Assembly (NCBI GenBank): GCA_037380845.1
Contig: JARRRI010000066.1
Span: forward strand, 1-15,407
Reading direction: 5' to 3'
Origin: Candidatus Sulfobium sp.
GTDB lineage: Bacteria; Nitrospirota; Thermodesulfovibrionia; Thermodesulfovibrionales; UBA6898
DNA length: 15,407 bases
Position 1 is the first letter of the stretch. Every line of letters begins with the position of its first letter. This document shows, piece by piece, positions 8,625 to 15,407 of the stretch. The notes under the pieces were generated by a model. It did not search any database. It saw nothing but the letters and a program-made list of their open reading frames with translations, and was not told the origin of the DNA. Position numbers and translations under genes: made by a program.

Positions 8625-8658
8625 TTCCTCTGCGAACTTTGCGTCTCTGCGGTGAATA
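8625..8658. repeat. CACCGCAGAGACGCAGAG-family repeat, reverse orientation
   Basis: The reverse complement reads tattcaccgcagagacgcaaagttcgcagagga, nearly identical to 12139-12170. Confidence 0.85.
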
Positions 8659-8714
8659 TTGTCCTTTTCATTTTATTGCACGGTGTTTCTTTCCGAAATT
8701 CCGACCGGACCGGA

Positions 8715-9734
8715 TCACTCCTTCTCCTTGACATTCCCTCCCGCATCAAGTATCTCTATTTTCGCCCCCTTCTTCAGATTCTCTTCCCACGCCGCCATCA
8801 TTTTTCCGGCTCTCCGGGCCTTCAGCCTGCTTTCAACGTACCCTCTGACCTGCTTGAAACCGGCGTCCCTCATGGGTGAGTATTTCTTTAACTTGATAAT
8901 ATGGATACTGTCGGCTGTTTTTATTACGCCCGAAACCTCTCCTTCCTTCAGCTTGACAGCTGCATCGTAAAGGTCCTTCTGCTTGTCCCTGTGGAGTTCC
9001 ATTTCCCTTACTATAAAAGTGCCGTCGGAGGGGATATGCCTCGGCTCCTTCTCCTTATCATTGTTTATCTTCTCGCGGAGCGCATAGGCCGCCTTCATAG
9101 AATCCTTGTCTGCAGGGTCGACAAATAGCACTACGTCGTCGATAAGCACCTTCTCAGGGATGTCCCTTATGTCATCTTCGGATATGACGACCTTTGACAA
9201 AACGTCTTTTTCAAAAATTTCCTTGACCAACCGGTTACGCTCCAGTTTTTTCCTAAGCTCCGCCTCGGTCACATTGTTCTTTTCGAGCATCTCTCTGTAT
9301 TTCTCCTCTCCACCGGCCCTCTCCTTAAGTGCTGCTACTGCCGCATCCAACTCTCTTGGCTTCACCTTCATTCCTTCGGCGAGAGCCTTTTGATACGCCA
9401 GCTCCTGGACTATGAGCTTATCGAGCGCCTTCCTGGCAATGGCGCGAAAATCTTCCTGCCCCGCGCCTGCGGTTCCATGCCCCTTCGCCTTGAGAACCCT
9501 CGCCACTCTCGCCTCGAGTGCTGCAGCCGTTATCGATACCCCGTTAACCTTAGCTACGACTTCCCTGCCCGACTGCGCGGCCGTTCCCTCATTTTCCACC
9601 GCACGAAGGGCTTCATTCTGCCCTTCGACAGTGCCGGAAACAGCCGGCAAAGCCGCTGCCAGGAAGAATACCACGCATGCGAATGTCAGTATTGCCCTCT
9701 TATTCATACACATTTCCAACCTCGCGTCTTTCAT
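8715..9734 (-). CDS. SurA/PrsA-like exported chaperone with degenerate PpiC (parvulin) domain
   Basis: Signal peptide, SurA-N-like VVAKVNGVSIT and ALDKLIVQELAYQKA, parvulin tail LKEGEVSGVIKTADSIHIIKL, and C-terminal LKKGAKIEIL. RBS AAAGGAG precedes ATG 9734. Confidence 0.85.
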   Translation of the reverse strand: MKDARLEMCMNKRAILTFACVVFFLAAALPAVSGTVEGQNEALRAVENEGTAAQSGREVVAKVNGVSITAAALEARVARVLKAKGHGTAGAGQEDFRAIARKALDKLIVQELAYQKALAEGMKVKPRELDAAVAALKERAGGEEKYREMLEKNNVTEAELRKKLERNRLVKEIFEKDVLSKVVISEDDIRDIPEKVLIDDVVLFVDPADKDSMKAAYALREKINNDKEKEPRHIPSDGTFIVREMELHRDKQKDLYDAAVKLKEGEVSGVIKTADSIHIIKLKKYSPMRDAGFKQVRGYVESRLKARRAGKMMAAWEENLKKGAKIEILDAGGNVKEKE

Positions 9735-9802
9735 TATACTCCTTTCCGTCTTTACAGAAAAAACTGTCCCACTAAAGCACAAAAGTCACCCGGAAAACCG
9801 GA

Positions 9803-9924
9803 CTGGATTCCCGACTAAGTCCTCGGGCATGACGAAAAAAACAACAGCCAGAGTCACAAAGTCGCCGTCATTCCCGAGAGCTTGCCCTCGAAGTTCTCAG
9901 TCGGGGGCAGTAGTCGGGAATCCA
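9803..9924. repeat. Two REP-like units of the GTCAT..ATGAC family, the second carrying a nested hairpin
   Basis: ctggattcccgactaagtcctcgggcatgacg (9803-9834) and gtcattcccgagag[cttgccctcgaagttctcagtcgggggcag]tagtcgggaatcca (9867-9924). Confidence 0.85.
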
Positions 9925-10039
9925 CTGTCTTTGTCCACTCCGAATACTTAACTCCAAAATCTTCCTTTTTGTCAATTTTTGTGTCTTATTTGCCTTATGT
10001 GGCGATCTTTCTCTACAGTGAACATTATGCCTTTGCCTC

Positions 10040-12043
10040 TCAAAAGAGTTTCCTTTTCACCTTAAAATAATAATATTGGTAGACCTGCCGGTTCTTTCCG
10101 CCCGTGAACTCGCTGTCTGAGAGACTCGCAGTCGCCCCGGCGTTCACATAAATTTTTCCTAAATTCCACACATAATTTGAACTGAGGGAGTAAGAGTTGG
10201 ATGTTGACAGCGACTGGTCCCGGCTATAGGCGCCGAGGAGAGAGAGGTACATATTGTGCTTCGGGAATGTCCACTGTACCGATGCGCTTGCTCCGAAAAG
10301 ACGGTCCGAGTAACTCACTCCGCCCGTGGCGGTGCCCTGGGGGTAGAAGATGTCCGAGTAATTCGCCGATGCCTGAATCTGAGTGTGCTGCGTCAGACTT
10401 TTCACGTAAGTCGCCTCGGCCTTCCATCCCCTGGAGGGATTGACGTTAGAACTGATCGTGAGATATGACGCCGAGAGTGTAAATGGCCTTTTGACAAAGG
10501 TGAACCCGAAAATATTCGAGGTAAAGTCCCAGGGCTGCTGGTCCGTGAAGCCGGACAACACCTTCTGACGGCTCTTACTGTAATTGTAATAAGGATAGAA
10601 CATGTCGTTGAACAGCTCAAAATTGAGCTGGTAGTTCAGGTTTGTTGTCCGGAGCTTGGTTTCCGCATTATTGAGCAGGTAAGATACGACAAAATCGTAG
10701 GTCCCGGGAATAACGTATTGAGGGGGCAGGTTCACTATCGTAATCTGAAAGGTATTTCCGAAGGGCGTGACGACGTAATCGGCGTTCTCCTCGAGAGGAA
10801 TCAGTTGCCCGGGAGCCTCCAAAGAGTTCACGAAAACCAGTATTGTGGCGGCATCTATGTCCTGGTTGTCCAACGTAAACGAGCCTGGTACGCGGACCCC
10901 CGGGTGGGGTTCGTTCGGCACTGCCTGGACACCTTTCCTGTCGGTGGTCGTTCGCCCCACCGAAATGGCGGACCTCAACCTGCCCCCGGGGATATACTTT
11001 GAGTAGGTAAAACCCAGAGTGTTCGAGAGCGTTTTGGTTGTGCCTGTCCCCGAGTCAAGCGACCCGTAGCCGAAGCGGTAAGTCGTGAAGAGGCTGCTAT
11101 AAAGTTTGTGGGTGATCAGCAGAGAGACGTTGCGCGTCGTCGACGAAATATCCTGCTCACCGCCGGTCTCACTGGAGCTGTTCAATTTATTCTTGTTCCA
11201 GTTGAACCCAAGGTCAGAGGTAAAGTTCCATGGCAGTCTGAAACGGACCAGCTCCCCCCAGTTCATCGTCTTGCTGCTGAGCGACAAGGAGCTTTGTCGC
11301 TGACTTGACTCCGTATAAGCCACGTTTGAGGACAAGCTGATCGTTTTCAGAAAATAAATATTGCTGAGGGCGGCCTGGTCTGTAGAGCCGTTGGTAAAGG
11401 AATATGTCGTATGCTCATAGGACCCTGAGTAGGAATAATATTTTTCCTGGCCCATCTCCTTATAGTATGTGCCCAAAGCGCCATACTTCCTTGTTGTGTA
11501 ACTGCCGCCCGGGTAGTCATCGGTCGTGTCTATGTAGTGGGCGTTGAATAGATAGGGCTTCTTCTTATACCTGAATATCGCGCCCTTGCTGTAAGCTACC
11601 GACCGGGATTGCTCGAAGGCCCGCCGGGTAAGAGGCTCTACGCGGAGAGCAAAGAGCTCGAGATTATACGGATGCTCCGGCAGGACCACCATCCTGAAGG
11701 TATATTCGTTGGCGAACATGGTACGGAAGGGCTTCGAAAGCGGCCCTATCGAGAAGCTTTCCTGCTTCGTGCCGGCAGATAACTTCAGGACAAAAGTTAT
11801 GAACCTCGGATCATAGACGTACCCCAGCGTGTTGAGCTCGAGCGTTTCCCTCAGGAAGGTGTCCTTGCTCGTTATTCCCCTCCCGTTCGTCGTGTTCTTC
11901 TGGTTCTCATATGATGCGTCAAGTGTCAGAAATCCGGTATAGTCTGATATCCTCGGTACGAACTGCCTGAAGTCCGCCTGGACCTCCGGAGCAGCGGTCA
12001 GAATAAGCATAAGAACAGCGATCAAGGTTACAGTCCTTTGCAT
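10040..12043 (-). CDS. Large outer-membrane beta-barrel protein (putative porin or secretion channel of the cytochrome cluster)
   Basis: Sec signal peptide (…APEVQA), Tyr/Ser/Thr/Asn-rich alternating amphipathic strands, no heme motifs, and a C-terminal beta-signal-like YYYFKVKRKLF ending in Phe. Confidence 0.82.
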   Translation of the reverse strand: MQRTVTLIAVLMLILTAAPEVQADFRQFVPRISDYTGFLTLDASYENQKNTTNGRGITSKDTFLRETLELNTLGYVYDPRFITFVLKLSAGTKQESFSIGPLSKPFRTMFANEYTFRMVVLPEHPYNLELFALRVEPLTRRAFEQSRSVAYSKGAIFRYKKKPYLFNAHYIDTTDDYPGGSYTTRKYGALGTYYKEMGQEKYYSYSGSYEHTTYSFTNGSTDQAALSNIYFLKTISLSSNVAYTESSQRQSSLSLSSKTMNWGELVRFRLPWNFTSDLGFNWNKNKLNSSSETGGEQDISSTTRNVSLLITHKLYSSLFTTYRFGYGSLDSGTGTTKTLSNTLGFTYSKYIPGGRLRSAISVGRTTTDRKGVQAVPNEPHPGVRVPGSFTLDNQDIDAATILVFVNSLEAPGQLIPLEENADYVVTPFGNTFQITIVNLPPQYVIPGTYDFVVSYLLNNAETKLRTTNLNYQLNFELFNDMFYPYYNYSKSRQKVLSGFTDQQPWDFTSNIFGFTFVKRPFTLSASYLTISSNVNPSRGWKAEATYVKSLTQHTQIQASANYSDIFYPQGTATGGVSYSDRLFGASASVQWTFPKHNMYLSLLGAYSRDQSLSTSNSYSLSSNYVWNLGKIYVNAGATASLSDSEFTGGKNRQVYQYYYFKVKRKLF

Positions 12044-12138
12044 ATCTCCCAGGCAATCCGCCAGATTTACTCAAACATCCCGAATTCGGATGCATACTGC
12101 GATTCATATCCGTAGCCCGGCAAAGCCGGAAAAAAGAC

Positions 12139-12303
12139 TATTTCACCGCAGAGACGCAGAGTTCGCAGAGATTTTATCAGTTTTGTTTTCCGGTGAGAGG
12201 CCGGAAAACAAAATAAGCCCGTCACGGCAGTTTATATATTTCTGCTCTCTCAGCAGAAATATATAACTTACACTCTTTGCGTCCTCTGCGTCTCTGCGGT
12301 GGA
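12139..12303. repeat. Symmetric MITE/REPIN-like element: 18-bp perfect terminal inverted repeats enclosing two perfect hairpins
   Basis: caccgcagagacgcagag (12144-12161) / ctctgcgtctctgcggtg (12284-12301). A 13-bp hairpin spans 12181-12213 and a 15-bp hairpin spans 12232-12266. Confidence 0.9.
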
Positions 12304-12318
12304 TCGTTACCTATGCCG

Positions 12319-13929
12319 TTATTTCAACAAAAACTCCTTATTCGACGAGTGTGCGTCGTGGCACGACGTACATTGTTCACCGTCGATCGCCTTATGCGCC
12401 TTGTTCTTGAAGATATCTTTCTTATTATGGCAGCGCAAACAGAATGTCGCCGGATCTGAATTAAGAAAATAGGGATAAGCGGAGCCGTGAGGATCATGGC
12501 ACATGAGACACCCGCCGGCCGCAACCGGACCATGTACGTATTTTTTTGAAAGATCCAGCACGTGACACCTGAAGCACAATTTCTCCGGGGGCAAAATCAG
12601 AACATTGCTGCCAGGCGTGTGGCACCCGTTACATTGCCTGGAGGCATAGGGGCCGTGCATACGGTAAGTAACCGCCCTCATCGATGCCGTTTTATCCTCC
12701 TGCTCACCGGTTTTCTTCTTAATGGCCATCTCCGGATTCGGGACTCCATCGAATTGCTGCTCCTTCTCCTCTAACTTTTTTTCCGGGGGCTTTTCCTTTT
12801 CCCTCTTCTTGATGATCTCCTCGGCCTGCTTTAGGAGCTCCTCATAGGTCGGGTATTTCACCCCTTTTTCCTTCCCGTAGGCAAAGATATTGACCAGTCT
12901 GTCGCCAAACTGGCTCGTAACCGCTACCAGATATTTTGGCTCGAAATTTGGGTCGAGATCTTTCTGGAAATACTTGACGCTGTCATAATCAACAAAAATC
13001 CCTGCCGGCAAGATCAGTTTCCCGGGTTTTGTTCCGCCTTCCCCGAAGAACATAAGAAGCTGACCTTTGCTGTTGAACATCTGAACGTTGTAGAAAGAAG
13101 CGTCCACCACGTAAACATTGTCATCCTTGTCTATGGCGATGCCCCTCGGCCTGGCGAAATGCCCGAGGTTCGTCCCCAGACTTCCCAGGGTAGCAATCAA
13201 ATGGCCGTCCCTGTCGAACTTCACGACCTGGAACCTGCCGGCGTCGACGACATAGAGATACCCCTTGCTGTCAAATGCCAGATTTACGGGCATATACAGC
13301 GTATCCTCAACCTTGCCCTTGCTTCCGAAAGTCCTGACAATCTCTCCCGTGGCCTTGTCGAACACCCTGATTTCGCCATTCTTTATGTCGGCCACATAGA
13401 CCAGGCCGTCGTAATACACGGCTGCGACCGGCTTCCAGTCCCCCGGTCCGCCGAGGGCCTTGACATAAAAGTCGTTTTTGTCGAAGATCACCACCTGCTG
13501 CCTGATGGGGTCAGCAACGTACTTATTGCCCTGGTCGTCTATACTTATGTTCAGGGGCTGGATCAGTTTCCCCTGGCCCTTGGCGCCATGCAGCGGCTCG
13601 AAGGTCCTTTTCTGCAAATCAAATACCATGACCGTCCTGTTTGTGTCACACACATATATCTTGCCCCCGTACATCGCAATGCCGTAAGGTTTGTCGAGTA
13701 TTCGCCGGCTCTCCTTTTCTCCGGTTACGAAACTCTCGAAGGCCGATTTTTTCGGTTCGATGTCCTTAGCTCCCTCGTAGGATGTCAGGAACTGCACCCG
13801 CGGAAGGTCCGGGGGAGGCGGATAGAATACCGCGGATTCCTTTTCAATCTTGGGTTGAGTTGTTGCGCAGCCCCCAACGACAAAGAGCAGCACGGCCAAT
13901 CCTGCAAATTTCAATACCTTATGCATCAC
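12319..13929 (-). CDS. NHL beta-propeller lipoprotein fused to a C-terminal pentaheme cytochrome c domain
   Basis: Lipobox-like VGGC, NHL blades, a Glu/Lys-rich linker, then CNGCH, CFRCH, CLMCH, CLRCH and CTSCH with HGP and CHxxH doubled-motif patterns. RBS GAGGGAG precedes GTG 13929 / ATG 13926. Confidence 0.92.
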   Translation of the reverse strand: MMHKVLKFAGLAVLLFVVGGCATTQPKIEKESAVFYPPPPDLPRVQFLTSYEGAKDIEPKKSAFESFVTGEKESRRILDKPYGIAMYGGKIYVCDTNRTVMVFDLQKRTFEPLHGAKGQGKLIQPLNISIDDQGNKYVADPIRQQVVIFDKNDFYVKALGGPGDWKPVAAVYYDGLVYVADIKNGEIRVFDKATGEIVRTFGSKGKVEDTLYMPVNLAFDSKGYLYVVDAGRFQVVKFDRDGHLIATLGSLGTNLGHFARPRGIAIDKDDNVYVVDASFYNVQMFNSKGQLLMFFGEGGTKPGKLILPAGIFVDYDSVKYFQKDLDPNFEPKYLVAVTSQFGDRLVNIFAYGKEKGVKYPTYEELLKQAEEIIKKREKEKPPEKKLEEKEQQFDGVPNPEMAIKKKTGEQEDKTASMRAVTYRMHGPYASRQCNGCHTPGSNVLILPPEKLCFRCHVLDLSKKYVHGPVAAGGCLMCHDPHGSAYPYFLNSDPATFCLRCHNKKDIFKNKAHKAIDGEQCTSCHDAHSSNKEFLLK

Positions 13930-14313
13930 CAGAAACTCCCTCTTTACAAATTCTTCCGGCCCAGCTAAGCAAAAAGCCGAAGTGCAATTTATTATTATAC
14001 AACATGTTCTCTGTCTAAGACAGTTTCACAAATATTAAAAGATATTAAGAAACGAAGGTGACTGTAAGTAGATAACCAGGGGCAAACTCGTCGAATTCTG
14101 CCAAGGGTGTTGGACATATCTCGAAGTTGAAATTCATGGTATCCGCTTCGTATGTCGCTCCGGCTTGTCCGGAATCTGTCACTACAAAGTATTGACTTTT
14201 TCGGTCGCGGATGGGTCTCTTCTGAGAGCTTCTATGTAAAGAGGTTTCTTGGTCATTACGCTGTTTATCTCATTGCCGCCCGCATCTCTGCATCAGATAA
14301 CTTTGTCTGCTCG

Positions 14314-14341
14314 AAAAAAGGGGGATGATCTCTCATCCCCC
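14314..14341 (-). terminator. Intrinsic terminator downstream of the OmcE-like gene
   Basis: 9-bp stem gggggatga/tcatccccc with a 4-nt loop, followed on the minus strand by six T, 30 nt after the stop codon. Confidence 0.88.
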
Positions 14342-14370
14342 CTCCGTACAAAAAGATAGTCGCTGTTAAA

Positions 14371-15228
14371 CTAAGGGGCTATTCCTATAGTCTTTGTTCC
14401 CTTGTTGTGGCAGGACAGGCAGAGGTTACTGTTTGCGTTGCTGACATAGAGCAGTTTCTCACCCGTGTTGCCCTTGTTGTGAACAGCGTGGCAAGTGGAG
14501 CATTCCATCTTGCCGCCCCAGAGCAATCCCGATACAGGAATGATATTCGATCCCCCGTCGATTGTCTGGTCGAATACAGCCGTGTCGGCCTGGTAAATCT
14601 GATCATCTACCGCTGCAACAGAGGCATAATCGAAACCGATCGGGTGATGGTTCGCGAGATATCCCTGCGCACCGATGTTGTACTCGGCCGTTATCGTGGA
14701 ACCGCCGCCGCTCTGCGACTTGGTGCTCTGCGGTGAGTGGCCGTACTCGTTGACAGCGATAGTGCCGTCATGGCAGCTCAGACAGAGAAGTGACGCTGCG
14801 CCGATCCTGTCAAAATTGTCGATCGCCTGAGAACGCCTTGCACCGTCTATCGGCTGATCAGGGCCGTTGTTGTAAGGCGTAAATACCGTCGTGGTGATTG
14901 TGTGGTTCCAGAGCGGCAAATATGTTGCATTGGCCGGAGCCAGCGGACCCGTGCCGACTGCACCTGCGGTGGTAAGCCTGTAGGTATGGTGCGGCGCATG
15001 GCAGAAAATACAGATCCTGTCAAGGTAGTCATCCGGATTGGCTTTGTAACCTACCTGAGTATTTGCCCTGCGAAGGTCATGGACCGTTCCGTTGATGCCT
15101 GTGCCTGCGTCTCCGCCCAGATTTATTCCCTCTTCACCTGTATACGGCGATGTGATAGCGAACGCGCTGGCCGCCACCAACAATACCGCTACGGCAAGGC
15201 ATAGCGTAATTATTGAAAGTTTCTTCAT
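14371..15228 (-). CDS. omcE: Secreted tetraheme cytochrome c, OmcE-family nanowire subunit homolog
   Basis: Signal peptide (…AASAFA). The motif order HDL, ICIFCHAPH, PLWN, SLLCLSCHDG, NHHPI, ECSTCHAVH, LCLSCHNK matches the Geobacter OmcE pattern as recalled. RBS AAGGAGG is strong. The symbol denotes homology, not verified orthology. Confidence 0.85.
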   Translation of the reverse strand: MKKLSIITLCLAVAVLLVAASAFAITSPYTGEEGINLGGDAGTGINGTVHDLRRANTQVGYKANPDDYLDRICIFCHAPHHTYRLTTAGAVGTGPLAPANATYLPLWNHTITTTVFTPYNNGPDQPIDGARRSQAIDNFDRIGAASLLCLSCHDGTIAVNEYGHSPQSTKSQSGGGSTITAEYNIGAQGYLANHHPIGFDYASVAAVDDQIYQADTAVFDQTIDGGSNIIPVSGLLWGGKMECSTCHAVHNKGNTGEKLLYVSNANSNLCLSCHNKGTKTIGIAP

Positions 15229-15365
15229 TACTTTCCTCCTTGGAATTTTGCATTGTGTCGCGACGTACCTGTCCGACTACACCTTCTCGTTGCCCTTTCC
15301 GACACCCCCGGAGCCGTAAGAGCCTTACAGCTGAATGGCAGACAGAATTTATTCGGCCATTATCG

Positions 15366-15381
15366 AGCAAGTTGTGTACCA
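15366..15381 (-). promoter_or_regulatory. Sigma54 (RpoN) -24/-12 promoter
   Basis: The minus strand reads TGGTAC-ACAAC-TTGCT versus consensus TGGCAC-N5-TTGCW, with exact GG-N10-GC spacing, about 140 nt upstream of the cytochrome ATG. Confidence 0.8.
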
Positions 15382-15407
15382 CTGAGGAAAGCGGCAGACC
15401 ATCATCT

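Noticed and set aside
9945..9975. Minus-strand TTGACA upstream of the chaperone gene as an internal promoter
   Set aside because: No convincing -10 hexamer at 16-18 nt spacing.
10040..12043. Calling the barrel MtrB/PioB and the cytochromes MtrA/DmsE
   Set aside because: Neither cytochrome has the decaheme MtrA pattern and no MtrB-specific motif is recognisable, so the family is left unassigned.
4166..12303. Possible CRISPR array among the repeats
   Set aside because: There are no regularly spaced 25-40 bp direct repeats with unique spacers and no cas genes.
7041..13968. Plus-strand ORFs such as 7329-8243, 9412-9951 and 13159-13968
   Set aside because: Antisense to well-supported minus-strand genes, with no domain signatures.
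8594..13982. Recurring AAAGCCG(G)AA-like motif 45-80 nt upstream of several minus-strand genes (8598, 12122, 13973)
   Set aside because: It is short, variable and not palindromic, and cannot be distinguished from chance without statistics.
14078..14105. ggggcaaactcgtcgaa resembling the start of a c-di-GMP-I riboswitch
   Set aside because: It lacks the GAAA-loop stem and the following GACGCAAAG/P3 elements, and is on the opposite strand to the flanking genes.

Overview
The left third (1-4110, + strand) is the 3' end of a conventional dcw cell-division cluster (partial ddl, ftsQ, ftsA, ftsZ). A terminator, a 9-bp tandem array and a perfect sigma70 promoter follow, the promoter sitting ahead of a peroxiredoxin-fold gene that has lost its catalytic Cys. 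The rest (4983-15407, - strand) is a co-oriented cluster that looks like a cytochrome-nanowire/extracellular electron transfer locus. In transcription order it holds a sigma54 promoter, an OmcE-like secreted tetraheme cytochrome with its own terminator, an NHL beta-propeller lipoprotein fused to a pentaheme domain, a 667-aa outer-membrane beta-barrel, a SurA/PrsA-like chaperone, an inserted DUF559 nuclease cassette, a second NHL lipoprotein, and a 12-heme cytochrome whose N-terminus is a second OmcE-like module. Several unrelated palindromic repeat families fill most intergenic gaps, including a roughly 160-bp symmetric element with covarying hairpins. The protein sequences suggest a diderm anaerobe, plausibly Nitrospirota (Thermodesulfovibrionia-like) or Desulfobacterota; this is inference only. 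All family assignments come from motif recognition by eye, not database searches.
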